Source: Octopus vulgaris (taxonomy: Eukaryota). From it: DNA of 64,000 bases. Under the pieces are notes generated by a model, which was given only the letters and a program-made list of their open reading frames with translations, had not been told where the DNA came from and did not search any database. The translations under genes were made by a program, and so were the position numbers. This document shows, in pieces, positions 12,071 through 26,319 of this stretch; position 1 is the stretch's first letter, and each line of letters begins with the position of its first letter. The DNA is taken from contig OX597814.1 in assembly GCA_951406725.2 (NCBI GenBank), forward strand, positions 14,818,001-14,882,000, in the 5' to 3' direction.

Positions 12071-13948
12071 ATGTCTAGAAATTTTATTGTTGAACGCTGG
12101 TCGCGTTCTTTTATGGAACAAAATTTTCCTAGTCTGGAAACGACAGAGAAAAAAAAGAACGTTCGCACGGAAAATGCCAACGTGAAATTCGGTGAAAGGA
12201 ACGCTGCAACCACGTGCGTTAACAGCCCTGTCACCACCGCCACCACCACCACTAACAACAGCAACCACGAGACAACAACTGCTACCACCACCACCTCCAC
12301 CACCACCACCACCACTACCACGACCAACATAAATGATAAAAATAAAACTGAAACGAAAACTATTGACAAAAACAACAGCAACAACAAGAACAACAATAAA
12401 AATGAACTATCTAATAGTGAAGATGCTAATACAAAAAAGTCAACAACAGTAAATTTCGCAGATATTCTTCGCCAGAAAAAGGAGATTGTTACATTCACAA
12501 ATGAAGAGCTCATAGAAACAAGAGCTCTCTTTACAACCCGTGGACAAGATTTAGTCCTGCATACACCTCAACATATAAAACAAGAAATTGAAAATAAGAC
12601 AATTGTATATAAAATTATTAGAAAAAACAAAAAACCAAATGAACAGATTACAAAAACTGATGTGGAGAAATGTTTAAAAAATATAATGAAAGAAAAAGAG
12701 TATATAAACTGGGGTCCCCAGTTTAACACAGTAGTGGTCCGCTTCCCTAACCAGGAAGTGGCAAAAGCTCACTCTACTGAGTCTCTGGGAAATGATGAAA
12801 TCATCATGGTCCCTTATTATAAAAACCAGAGGGTGAGTAGAATTACTATCAGAAATGTACCCCCCGATATGCCGAACAAATGGATAACAGGGGCAATCTG
12901 TTACCACTTGAAAAAGATCAATATTCTAGAAACAGCCGTGTACCTAAACGACAATTGGGGTGGAAAAACAGTAGTTGTGACCATCCAGATTGAGGGGGCC
13001 TCTATCGAGAGCCTACCCGACAAGATATACTTGGAGAATGGGCAATGCCTATATGTTATGGCAGAAGGCAAAAAGCCTAGATGCCACAAATGTGGCAGCC
13101 CCGAACATTTGATTGCCAAGTGCGATCTGGTACAGAAAAAACAAGAAAGAACAATTCAGAAAACAAATAAAATCCCTTTGTTGCCAACACCAACACCAAC
13201 ACACTCAATTATGGAACAACGCCAAGAAAAACAACAAACCAGCAGACAAACCCCAACAACATCACCAAGAAAAACAGTACCAACACAATCACCGTTGACT
13301 TCACAACCAATTAAACCTGTTGAATTAACAAAAAATAGACCCACGCCCACACCCAGGACGACAATTAAAAAGACAGAAAACACTGACGAGAAGACAAATG
13401 CTACCCCTAACACCACAACAACACAAACACCGCACAAAACATCAACAATTTATACAGGCATACATAGTGATCCTGTTCTTTTTCCTCTACCCCATACTGA
13501 TACGTCGGACGAAGAAAGTTCGACGGAATGGCAAATAGCCACAGGGGGTAAAAGAAAAAGATCCAAAAAATCCACCAAACAAGGAATTAAAGCAGGGAGA
13601 TATCTCACTCAGGACAACATTCCCCTAGACAATCAAAAAAGTAATGAACCCGTAAAACCACACACACAACTAACTGCAATAGACACAGACAATAAAGAAT
13701 TAATGGACTACATCAAATCTAACATGGTCGTCTGTGAAGATGATTTTAAGACAAACAATCATCCGCACACCACACCACCGAAACACATCAGAATTTTACA
13801 CATAACACAAGCACAACACCACATACTGAAAACATTATTTCCGAATGCGGTAGGCGGGTATCAACGATACCTGTCGAAAAAACTATACAAACACCTCATC
13901 AAAAACGATACAAAAGAAGAAAGAAAAAAAATGAAACTTTTAAAATGA
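12071..13948 (+). CDS. Tx1-like LINE ORF1 (gag-like, zinc knuckle)
   Basis: Open 625-aa ORF with CHKCGSPEHLIAKC (CX2CX4HX4C), directly upstream of ORF2. Confidence 0.88.
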   Translation: MSRNFIVERWSRSFMEQNFPSLETTEKKKNVRTENANVKFGERNAATTCVNSPVTTATTTTNNSNHETTTATTTTSTTTTTTTTTNINDKNKTETKTIDKNNSNNKNNNKNELSNSEDANTKKSTTVNFADILRQKKEIVTFTNEELIETRALFTTRGQDLVLHTPQHIKQEIENKTIVYKIIRKNKKPNEQITKTDVEKCLKNIMKEKEYINWGPQFNTVVVRFPNQEVAKAHSTESLGNDEIIMVPYYKNQRVSRITIRNVPPDMPNKWITGAICYHLKKINILETAVYLNDNWGGKTVVVTIQIEGASIESLPDKIYLENGQCLYVMAEGKKPRCHKCGSPEHLIAKCDLVQKKQERTIQKTNKIPLLPTPTPTHSIMEQRQEKQQTSRQTPTTSPRKTVPTQSPLTSQPIKPVELTKNRPTPTPRTTIKKTENTDEKTNATPNTTTTQTPHKTSTIYTGIHSDPVLFPLPHTDTSDEESSTEWQIATGGKRKRSKKSTKQGIKAGRYLTQDNIPLDNQKSNEPVKPHTQLTAIDTDNKELMDYIKSNMVVCEDDFKTNNHPHTTPPKHIRILHITQAQHHILKTLFPNAVGGYQRYLSKKLYKHLIKNDTKEERKKMKLLK

Positions 13949-14022
13949 GTAAGTGACCTCACTTCTTGCCTCTTGTCTCTTCTAATATAGTGTGTAAAAC
14001 ACAATTTTCGTAATTGTCAAGT

Positions 14023-17000
14023 ATGCTTAAATTAGGTTGTGTGAATGCGCGTGGCTTGGCGTCGGCTTGGAAGCAAGGTTACCTTCTAAACGACATCAAG
14101 TCACTGGACGTGGATATAGTAGCTATCAGCGAAACCAGACTCAGTAAGCCGCGGGCCTCGAGTCCATGTTTGGCAATCAATTTGACATTTATTTTTCTCC
14201 CTGTCTGCCGAACATGGGTGGTGGAGGTACTGCGGTGCTTTTTCGAAAGAGTCTAAAGGTAAAAGTAAGAGCAATATTCCTAGACCCGGAGGGTAGGCTG
14301 GTTGTCTTGGACGTGGATGGCAGAAATGGGTGTGCATTCCGTCTGATGGCAGTTTATGCACCGTCCTTAACGGGTCGGGCGGATTTCTTCAGACGTCTAG
14401 AGGTTTTCCTGGGTACGTCTAGACCTTTACTGTTAGTAGGGGATTGGAACGCTACCTTGGACACGCATCTAGATTATGTGGGAAGGGATAGGAATAGAAG
14501 GGGGTGTAAGAGCCTCAAAGACCTGCTCAGACGTTTCCATTTGTCTGACAGGTTCCGACTCGACCATCCGAACGTGCCAACGTGGACTTGGACAAACCGC
14601 GTCGGATCGTCGAGATCTTATCTAGATAGAATTCTATGCAGGACAGCGGATAGGGATAGTGTAGGATGTCCACAATTTAAAATAGTCAGCTACACAGATC
14701 ACAAATTTGTTACGTGTACGCTCGACTTAGATAAAACACATAGGCAGGGTCCCGGTTACTGGAAACTGAACACGTCGCTGTTAGCGCGACAGGTTTACAG
14801 GAACCGGATTAGCGAGTTAATTAAGAGGGCGCTGACGGGAGCGGTCGTTAACAACCGCTGGTGGTACGCCCTGAAAATGGCAATAAAATCGGAATCAATT
14901 AGGTTTAGCAAGGAATTAGCGATAGAACGAAATAGAGTAGAGGGAGACTTAGTTAAGAAACTAGAAGAGGCACTTACCACTGGCAGCGCAACCAACGTGC
15001 TAGCTGCGAGGATGGCCCTCGACCAACACCTCAACGCCAAGCACGAAGGTTGCGTCGTCAGAGCTAAAATGCGTGCCTTAAGGAACGAAGGGATTGAAGC
15101 TGCGCGAGAGGCCCGGGTAGCGGAGGCGCAGCGTGGCAACAGATCAACCATTCGGTCTCTAATAGATCAACAGGGATGCAGTTTACTCGAACCCGAAAGG
15201 ATGTGTGAGGCCTTTCAACAGCACTTTGCTCGACTGTTTGGTGCGAGTGGTGGGTCGGAACGAGGGATGGATTTCAGTGCCTACCTGACCGACCTGCCGC
15301 GGCTCTCGGCAAGAGAGGCGGAGTGTTGTGAAAGTCCCATCACAGCCGCTGACGTGTGGGATGCGATGGCGGGCTGCGCGAGGGATAAGTCGCCTGGATT
15401 GGATGGTTTACCCTACGAGCTGTATTGTCGAATGCCAGACTTGTTTGGCGACCTCTTGGCATCAGTCTACTGCAACTGGCAACAAAACGGGAGAATCCCC
15501 GGTTTCGTGAGCCGAGGTGCAGTGACGTTGCTGAAGAAAGACTCAAACAAGGGGAATTTTATAGATAATTTCAGGCCCATCACTCTGCTCAACGCAGATT
15601 TGAAAATTTTGGCCAAAGTAATAGCCAAGAGGTTGGCGCTTGTCATTGGTAAACTGGTCGACAGGGCGCAAACATGCGCCGTGCCGGGCAGAACCATACA
15701 TGACAACCTCCATCTGATGCGCTACATTGTGGACAGGGTAGTTAAGGATCCTGGCATGGGTGGGGCGCTGATAAATTTGGATCAGTCTAAAGCCTTCGAT
15801 AGGGTCGACCATCGGTACTTGGCGGCCGTCCTCAGGGCGGCTGGCTTCGGTCCCGTGTTCCGCGGTTGGATCGCTGCCTTGTATAGCGGCATCCGATCGG
15901 TGATTCGGGTAAACGGTCACCTGTCTAAACCGTTTGACATCACGCGTTCGGTCCGTCAGGGGTGTCCCCTGTCGGCGCTTCTGTATGTATTGACTCTCGA
16001 GCCGCTACTGCGGAAGCTGGCGACACTGAGGGCATCCCACGGGAACTGGGTTGCGGGACGAGCGTGTCGGCATATGCGGACGATGTCACCGTCATAGTGT
16101 CGAGCTACCAGCATATAGAGCTGGTCGGCGAGACACTAAGAAAATATGAAACGGTGACGGGAGCAAAGATTAACCCGGAAAAGTCAGTGGGTTTGCTACT
16201 CGGCACCTGGAGAAGCAAGCCCATGCCGTCCGACTGCGGCTCAGTAGTGGGACGCTGGACGGACGGACCGGTTAAATTGCTCGGGGTCTGGTTCAGTCCG
16301 GACCTCCAAATGGATAAGAACTGGGACGAGATCACGAGTAGAGTGGTCGCTCTCAGCCAAAAATGGGCCGAGAGAAAGCTGTCTCTAAAAGGCCGGGCGG
16401 AGGTGGCGAACGCGTACATCGCATCCGTCATCGATTACCGCCTGACCGTCGTACCTTGTCCCGACGCCACCATCACCAAACTGGAACGCATACTCTTCCG
16501 CTTCCTGTGGAAGGGTGGCGTTCCGATGGTGAGGAAGTCCATTTGCTGTCAACATCTGTTGAATGGAGGACTGGGCATGCCGTGGTTGATGATGCGCAGG
16601 CATGCGCTGAGACTGCGACATCTCTGGAAATTCATCGACGACGGTGAACAGGTGTGGGCGCCGTTTGTGAGGAGCGACTTCCCGCAGCTCGTCTCACTGA
16701 CCGAACTGCAAACGTGGATCAAAAAGAGACCGAAACTGGGCGATTGGCACCGAGAGTGTCGCCAAGCTCTACAGCAGCTCTGCCGACCGGGGTCAAACTT
16801 GTGCAACTTCCAAACGACTAAAGCGTTCTATAGAGGACTAGTGGAGGGGAGGTCCGACGACACACTCGGGGCAAACCTGGGCGTCAACGAGGAATTCCTA
16901 ACCCGCCTGTTCAGGACGACGTTCGGGCCGGGGCCTATGGATAACTTCCAGAAATCCCTGGCTTGGCAGTGCTATCGAGACGCACTACCTGTTCGAGAGA

Positions 17001-17461
17001 AGAGCTACAGACACGGTTCGAAAACCATCACCGGACCGACCTGCCCGAGATGCGGTCAGAGCGACGAAACCATTCTGCACGCACTCGTGCAGTGTCCAGA
17101 TATTTCAGAGCTGTGGTCCTTCGTCGAACAGCTGTTGTCACGTGTAGGTCAGGCTCGCCTATCGGCCGAGTCTATCGTGAATATTGTTCCACCACCTTCC
17201 TTTAAACGGGAAGGGAAAACGGTTTTCGTTACGCTGATGGCTATGGCGAAAGAATGTGTGTGGTGGACGCGTTTGAAAGGACTGCAAACAAACACCTTCC
17301 TCTCTGGTCAGTCTCTCGTCAACTTTTTCAAGTACCACTTGAAAAGGAGGATGAGAATAGAGAGGAAGGCTTTGTCGAACGAATGTTTTAATAAAAAGTG
17401 GGTAAAAGTGGCAAAAATGGTCAGTATGAAAGACGACACTATTTTAAGCATAAATCTGTAA
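14023..17461 (+). pseudogene. Tx1-like LINE ORF2 (AP endonuclease, reverse transcriptase, CCHC finger) with two frameshifts
   Basis: APE motifs VNARGL, ISETRL, VGDWNA, SYLDRIL, TDHK; RT motifs KSPGLDG, FRPITLLN, DQSKAFDRV, VRQGCPLS, YADD; C-terminal CPRCGQSDETILHALVQC. Frameshifts near 14157 and 16030. Confidence 0.9.
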
Positions 17462-17765
17462 CCAAAAGAGACAACGAGAAGTAAGGCGACTTACTCATGT
17501 GTTCTTTTTCGAACTGTCTGAGGTGACCTTGGTCTTTTTTGTAGGTTTTTCTTTCCAAGGCTACACCTAAACTGTGAACCTTATATATATATATATATAT
17601 TGCTTTTTTATACACCACACAACCCACAGATCCCTATTGATCAACCGTTTTTTTTTTTTTTTTTTTTTCTTGCCCCACCCATCCCACATCGAAAAGAAAA
17701 AAATTCTACATTGTATTTCGTCCATTTTTATTCTGTGTTTAGCCCTGTGTGGCTACAATAAAAAG

Positions 17766-18129
<364 letters not shown>

Positions 18130-18130
<1 letters not shown>

Positions 18131-20765
18131 TGACGGATGTGATGTCGTTTCAGCTCCGAAGGTAATCATTTATTTTGACTATTTATAGGCCAATTTTTGT
18201 CCAGATTTTTGCAAATAAGGTGTGTAAGGCAACCAACTTTCATTTGAGTGCTTTTCCAAGGGAGGAATTCGCCCCTAGGGGCAGTTTCGACCCCATTTCA
18301 TTTCTGTTATTTTCATCTCGACATTAGAAAATGTCTAGAAATTTTATTGTTGAACGCTGGTCGCGTTCTTTTTTGGAACAACATTTTCCTCGTCTGGAAA
18401 CGACAGAGAAAAAAAGAACGTTCGCACGGAAAATGCCAACGTGAAATTCGGTGAAAGGAACGCTGCAACCACGTGCGTTAACAGCCCTGTCACCAACGCC
18501 ACCACCACCACTAACAACAGCAACCACGAGACAACAACTGCTACCACCACCACCTCCACCACCACTACCTCCACCACCACCACCACCACTACCACGACCA
18601 ACATAAATGATAAAAATAAAACTGAAACGAAAACTATTGACAAAAACAACAGCAACAACAAGAACAACAATAAAAATGAACTATCTAATAGTGAAGATGC
18701 TAATACAAAAAAGTCAACAACAGTAAATTTCGCAGATATTCTTCGCCAGAAAAAGGAGATTGTTACATTCACAAATGAAGAGCTCATAGAAACAAGAGCT
18801 CTCTTTACAACCCGTGGACAAGATTTAGTCCTGCATACACCTCAACATATAAAACAAGAAATTGAAAATAAGACAATTGTATATAAAATTATTAGAAAAA
18901 ACAAAAAACCAAATGAACAGATTACAAAAACTGATGTGGAGAAATGTTTAAAAAATATAATGAAAGAAAAAGAGTATATAAACTGGGGTCCACAGTTTAA
19001 CACAGTAGTGGTCCGCTTCCCTAACCAGGAAGTGGCAAAAGCTCACTCTACTGAGTCTCTGGGAAATGATGAAATCATCATGGTCCCTTATTATAAAAAC
19101 CAGAGGGTGAGTAGAATTACTATCAGAAATGTACCCCCCGATATGCCGAACAAATGGATAACAGGGGCAATCTGTTACCACTTGAAAAAGATCAATATTC
19201 TAGAAACAGCCGTGTACCTAAACGACAATTGGGGTGGAAAAACAGTAGTTGTGACCATCCAGATTGAGGGGGCCTCTATCGAGAGCCTACCCGACAAGAT
19301 ATACTTGGAGAATGGGCAATGACTATATGTTATGGCAGAAGGCAAAAAGCCTAGATGCTACAAATGTGGCAGCCCCGAACATTTGATTGCCAAGTGCGAT
19401 CTGGTACAGAAAAAACAAGAAAGAACAATTCAGAAAACAAATAAAATCCCTTTGTTGCCAACACCAACACCAACACACTCAATTATGGAACAACGCCAAG
19501 AAAAACAACAAACCCCAACAACATCACCAAGAAAAACAGTACCAACACAATCACCGTTGACGTCACAACCAATTAAACTTGTTGAATCTTCAAAAAATCG
19601 ACCCACACCCACACCCAGGACGACAATTAAAAAGACAGAAAACACTGACGAGAAGACAAATGCTACCCCTAACACCACAACAACACAAACACCGCACAAA
19701 ACATCAACAATTTATACAAGCATACATAGTGATTCTGTTCTTTTTCCTCTACCCCATACTGATACCTCGGACGAAGAAAGTTCGACGGAATGGCAAATAG
19801 CCACAGGGGGTAAAAGAAAAAGATCCAAAAAATCCACCAAACAAGGAATTAAAGCAGGGAGATATCTCACTCAGGACAACATTCCCCTAGACAATCAAAA
19901 AAGTAATGAACCCGTAAAACCACACACACAACTAACTGCAATAGACACAGACAATAAAGAATTAATGGACTACATCAAATCTAACATGGTCGTCTGTGAA
20001 GATGATTTTAAGACAAACAATCATCCGCACACCACACCACCGAAACACATCAGAATTTTACACATAACACAAGCACAACACCACATACTGAAAACATTAT
20101 TTCCGAATGCGGTAGGCGGGTATCAACGATACCTGTCGAAAAAACTATACAAACACCTCATCAAAAACGATACAAAAGAAGAAGAAAAAAAATGAAACTT
20201 TTAAAATGAGTAAGTGACCTCACTTCTTGCCTCTTGTCTCTTCTAATATAGTGTGTAAAACACAATTTTCGTAATTGTCAAGTATGCTTAAATTAGGTTG
20301 TGTGAATGCGCGTGGCTTGGCGTCGGCTTGGAAGCAAGGTTACCTTCTAAACGACATCAAGTCACTGGACGTGGATATAGTAGCTATCAGCGAAACCAGA
20401 CTCAGTAAGCCGCGGGCCCTCGAGTCCATGTTTGGCAATCAATTTGACATTTATTTTTCTCCCTGTCTGCCGAACATGGGTGGTGGAGGTACTGCGGTGC
20501 TTTTTCGAAAGAGTCTAAAGGTAAAAGTAAGAGCAATATTCCTAGACCCGGAGGGTAGGCTGGTTGTCTTGGACGTGGATGGCAGAAATGGGTGTGCATT
20601 CCGTCTGATGGCAGTTTATGCACCGTCCCTATTGATCGGTTTTTCTTTTTTTTCCTTCTTATTCTTTACTTTTTTCGATCCCTTTTGATCGCAAACCTAC
20701 CTACTAAGCTCTACTTTCTAATATGTCCCGTCTGTGTTCAGCCCTTTGTAGCTAATAAAGAAACA
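18130..20765 (+). mobile_element. Second tandem Tx1-like copy, internally deleted (5'UTR, ORF1 and APE start joined to a 3' tail)
   Basis: Near-identical to 11871-14366 up to 20628. ORF1 has an A-run frameshift (~18410) and TGC>TGA at 19320. It then jumps to a 3'UTR-type sequence ending AATAAAGAAAC-(ATCT). Confidence 0.9.
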
Positions 20766-20944
20766 TATCTATCTATTTATCGACTTATTTACTTATATGT
20801 CCATTTACCTACCTACTTACCTACCTACCTACCTACCTACCTACCTACCTACCTACCTACCTACCTACCTACCTACCTACACGCACACACACATATATAT
20901 ATATGCGTTTACATAACAGCCTACTAACAACTCTACCTTGTATG

Positions 20945-21170
20945 TATAAACTGTGGGTATTGTGGTATGACTACCTTCTACATTTACTTCCTATTCAGTA
21001 CTGGGGATCTTTCATTTGTCAGGACGCTCCTGAATTTGCCTGCGTGTTTGGTCCTTCGGGTGCTTGGATAAAATGCGGATGTCAATTTGAGCCAGTGTTC
21101 CTCCATGCTGGTCTTTGGCATGCTGGTAGAGTATGGAGAACTGTTTTTGTCGCCACATCGTCTCAATTTT
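20945..21170 (-). mobile_element. Probable Penelope-like GIY-YIG endonuclease C-terminal remnant
   Basis: Minus frames read SILYQHAKDQHGG..IRILSKHPKDQTRRQIQE..PVLNRK. Confidence 0.5.
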
Positions 21171-21329
21171 CATTATTTTTTTATTAAATTTAATAAAATT
21201 TATAATGCTATATATGGAATGATCTAAAATGAAGCATTAGACCCCATATTCTAGAAAATGTGTAAACAAATTATGCCGTTTAAATTTGCCTTAGCATTCA
21301 AACTGACTTCTTTACCACTGCAGATATAA

Positions 21330-22798
21330 AAATAGAGACAATGATGATTGATTACATCAATAAAAAGGAAGAAGATGTAATAAGGGCTATAGATGAAATG
21401 AACCGAAACTCAGCTACTGGCCATGATGAATTCCCAGCAATCCTTCTAAAAGTATGTAAGTGAGTCCTAGCAAGACACTGCAGTCATTCTTTCAGAGCTT
21501 CCTTGCAACTGGCAAACTTCCAAGAAAACTGAAGGAGGGTAAAATATGCCCTATTCATAAATGAGGAAGCAGAGTAGAAGCCAAGAACTACAGACTTCTC
21601 TGACCTCACACATCAGGAAGGTCATGGAACGAATAGTCAAAAGAGAACTACTTGCTGCTTGACACCCAGCATGGTTTCCGACGAAGAACAAGCTGCCTAA
21701 CTCAGCTCCTACAACACTGTGCCTAGGTGCTGAAACAGCTACTCAACCACTCAGAGGTGGAAGTGATATATCTCGACTTTGCAAAGGCCTTTGATAAAGT
21801 CGATCATGGAGTGATATGTCTCAAACTGCGTGATCTCGGCATAGTTGGAAATTTGGCAGAATGGCTTCATGACTTTCTGAAGGATAGAAATTAGGTGATA
21901 ATTACCAAATAATGACTGGTGTTTTCAAGGCACGTTTTGGACCACTACTGTTCATAATGGCCCTCTTAGACATAACATCAGCCACACAGACAGCCACGAT
22001 CAGAAGTTATGCAGTTGAAACAAAAGTCTCACAGGTAATACAGAACCCTGAAGACACTATGCACCTGCAATATCAGCTGGCTGAAATATACAAGTGGATT
22101 GAAAAGAATAACATGCAGTTTAATGCTGAAAAGTTTCAAAACTTGTGCTATCAGCATGGAAAACTAAATGCAATATTCAGTAAATGCACTGGACCTGGAG
22201 GGATTGAAATCCCAGAGGCACAGTCAGTGCGAGACCTGGGCATTTACATGAGTGATGATGCAAACTTTCATGTGCATGTTGCTAAATTGGCAATGAAATG
22301 CAGGCAGCTGACCGGATGGATTCTTAGAACTTTTAGACCAAGAGACTAGGAAACCATGATGGTCCTCTGGAGGACACTTGATCTAAGTGTTATTATTATT
22401 TTTATTGTTAAAGTGAAAGTATCTGACATAAAATAGAGAAACGTTTTTGTTTCACTTTTAACACGTAATAATGAAATAGTGAAGAAGATATGATATTGCT
22501 ATGGGCTCGCTCTAGGCAAGAGGTTGAACATTCTTTTGCCCATGAAACTACATGGATCCTAAGTAAGGAATGTGTAAAATTTGAATGGAATTGGTTGCGT
22601 AGTTCTCAAGTATTAGGGAATCGTAGTGGAGAAGATATGATATTGCTGTGGGCTAGCCCTAGGCAAAAAGAAAAAAACTGTGTTTGCCGATGACACTCCC
22701 CGGACCCTCAGTAAGTCATGTGTAAAATTTGAATGAAATTGGTTGTGTAGTTCTCAAGATTTAGGGAAACACACAGACAGACAGTCACACATTCTCAG

Positions 22799-22875
<77 letters not shown>

Positions 22876-23645
22876 TGTATAATATTAAAATTAATATACT
22901 CGAAAGTATATGTTAATACCGCGTTGTCAAGGATATCCCAAAGTATTGAAATTTAAAGTGAATATAAGAATTGCTTCGTTGGACAAGTGGTGACGTCAAT
23001 GGATAGCTAGCGAATAAAAAGAGAGAAGTATTCCCTGTTATGATTAATATTGAACTTAGAGTTTACGTCACAACTATTGTATTTTTATTGAGTCCGAGGA
23101 GAGTCGTTCTCTTTCGGTGCTTTATAATTTGACACACTTACCGGTTCGATTTCTACTCATTAACTTGTTTATTTATTCTAAACTTTTCATTGTGTCTTGC
23201 AAACTTTTCAATAATACTTGACTGTCCATTATGTGAGCTGCGTTCTTTTTGCTTGTTTGTTTGTTTGTTTGTTTGTGTGCATGCGTGCGTCAATGTGGAA
23301 GGGTATACACATAGGTATGTCAGTCTGTCTGTTTGTCTGTCTGTCTGTATGTATGTATGCATGCATGTATGTATGTATGTATGTATGTATGTATGTATGT
23401 ATGTATGTATGTATGTATGTATGTATGTATGTATCAGACGCCATGATAAATCGTTGGCCACTAGACACATTGTTTTCTCTCCTTGTTTCTCTCCTTGGTT
23501 TTTCTGTGTCCCTTTCTGTAGAAGATCGCAGGCTCGAAACGTAAAAGACTTTTCTCTCGCTGAGCGTTATACTAATACATCTGTTTGTTTTGTACACCAC
23601 CTGTCTTCGTCTTTTGTTTTTTTTTCCGTAATCTCTCCCTATATG

Positions 23646-23679
<34 letters not shown>

Positions 23680-24520
23680 TGTATGTATGTATGTATGTAT
23701 GTATGTATGTATGTATGTATGTGTGTGTATGCATATATACATATATACATGCATGTGTGTACGTATGTATGTATTCTGTATATTCCAGTGTTTGTGTGTT
23801 CATGTTTGTGTGCTTGTACGTGTGTGTATATTTGTGTGTGTACCTCTGTCCCCTTGTGTGTGCATATTTGAATGTGTCAATGCGTATGGTTTTGTGTGTC
23901 TGCGTACGTGCGTCTGTTATGTATGGATGTGTGTCTCCATGTGTCCTTGTGTGTGTGCATATGGTTATTTGGTCATGTTTTTCAGTCTTCACTTGTGTAG
24001 GTATATGTGTATGCGTGTGTACTTTTAGACCAAGCGACCAGGAAACCATGATGGTCGTCTGGAGGACACTTGTTCTAAGCCACTTTGACTACTGCTCTCA
24101 GATATGGTCACCAACTAGTGTCAAATTAATCTGTGAACTTGAGGCAATCCAACGAAGAAGATAGCCTCTGTACAGCATATAAGCTATTGGAAAAAACTCA
24201 AGAGATTAGCACTCCATTCATTAGATCGTAGGCGAGAAAGATATGTCATAATATACATCTGGAAGATCCTGGAAAGACTTGTCTCAAACTTTTGCATCGA
24301 GAGTTACACAAATACTAGAAATGGGTGCTACTGCATAGTGCCAAGGATTCCAAATTTTCCATCAAGATGTAGGACAAGATACTGCAATAGCCTGGGCTTC
24401 AGAAGTCCACAGCTCTTCAATAACCTCCCGTAGGTCCTGAGAGACCTGCATGGGTTGGATGTAGGTGTTTTCAAATTAAGCCGGACCTCTTCCTGTCAGG
24501 GGTCTCAGATGAACCAATTG
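21330..24520 (+). mobile_element. Decayed CR1/L2-group LINE, interrupted at about 22386-24020
   Basis: RT remnants with stops (NSATGHDEFPA, LTSHIRKVMERIV, IYLDFAKAFDKVDHG, GPLLF, VRDLGI). The element resumes at 24021 with HFDYCSQIWSP..LEAIQR. Confidence 0.85.
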
Positions 24521-24586
24521 CTAAAACGCATTCGTGAAGTAAAAATATGTATCAACACCAAATAATATTGATTTCCTGATATTAAC

Positions 24587-24661
<75 letters not shown>

Positions 24662-24672
24662 GATATATATAT

Positions 24673-24756
<84 letters not shown>

Positions 24757-25446
24757 ATGTATATATGCAGAAAATGTTAAAATTAATATTTATATCCTCG
24801 AAAATAATTGTTAGTACAACGTTGTCAAGGATATCCTAAAATATTGAAATTTGAATTGAGCATCCGAAATTTAACCAATAGAGAGACGCAACCAAAACGA
24901 ACTCTTAAAGAGAATTTTACATAAGAATTGTTTCATTGAATGAATGGTGACGTCATTCGATAACGAAGATATTTTATAAAAATAAAAAAGAAGCATTTTA
25001 GGAAAGGTCATTTTTGAATTCAATTATTGGTTACATCAGTGGATAAGGAAATAAAACAAATAATAATAATTCTGCTTTATGATAAATAGAAATATATAGA
25101 AATATTTTCTAACAATGAAAAAAAAGCTTATTCTTTACATATACACAACTATCGGTAACGTCAATGGATAGCTACCGAATAAAAAAAAGAGAAGTATTCT
25201 GTTACAATTAATATTAAACTGATAGTTTACGTCACACCAATTATCTTTTTTATTAAATGTTCTAAAATCTATAACAATATATATATGTAAATAAGTTATA
25301 CAATTTAAGTTTGTCTTAAACCCCTACATGAGCGAATAAAAAAAGCGAAGAATTCTTCTAAGTTTTGATTTTAGTTTACGTCATCTATAATATTATATAT
25401 ATGTAAATAAGTTATACCATTTTTCAATTTGCCTTAAAATTCTACA

Positions 25447-25489
<43 letters not shown>

Positions 25490-25514
25490 AAAAGCAGCAG
25501 AAATTCAACAAAAC

Positions 25515-25552
25515 CTGTTACTCGGAGTTTCACGTTCCGGTTCGTCGGACAG
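25515..25552 (-). ncRNA. Variant hammerhead (CCGACGA core) in an inverted Penelope-LTR-like repeat; second copy at about 62917-62954
   Basis: ctgt-CCGACGA-accggaacgt-GAAAC-TCCGA-GTA^acag. Confidence 0.55.
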
Positions 25553-25693
25553 TTTATGGGATTTTAACATTAAAAATCTCCGAGTAACAGGTCTTGTTGA
25601 ATTTCTGCTGCGTTTAAATAAAGCATATTACTTTACCCCTGGTATTTGAGTACTCTTTTTTTCCACCTTGTTTCACATTTATGTGTTTACTCC

Positions 25694-25760
<67 letters not shown>

Positions 25761-25844
25761 TGAATTTGTGTGAATGTGTGTAGAATAATATAACAGTTGA
25801 ATAAAGATAAAAATGCTCTGGTTTTCACGTTTTTTTTATTATTC

Positions 25845-26253
25845 TTTTATCTGTTTCAATCAGTACACTGTGGACATGCTGGAGCACCGCCTTTTAGTAG
25901 CAGAAATCGACTTATTCTTTGTAAGCCTGGTGCTTACTCTATCGGTCTCTTCTGCACGAACCGCTATTATGGGGACGTAAGCACACCAGCATCTGTTGTC
26001 AAGCGATATGTGGTAGTGGTGGTGTTGGTGGAGTACAAACACAGACATAACCACAGGCACATAAAATATATATATATATTTACGACGGGCTTCTTTCAGT
26101 TTCCATCTACCAAATCCCCTCACAAGGCTTTGGTTGACCCGAGCCTATAATAGAAGACACTTGCCCAAGGTGCCACGTAGCGGGACTGAATTCGAAACCC
26201 GGAACCATGTGGTTGTGAAGCAAGCTTCTTACCACACAGCCACGTCTGCGCCT
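25845..26253 (-). mobile_element. SINE family C
   Basis: Reverse-complement match to family C. Confidence 0.85.
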
Positions 26254-26319
26254 ATTATGGTATTTTAACATTAAAAAATATTTTGTAGGAGTAGCTGTGT
26301 AGTAAGTAGCTTGCTTACA

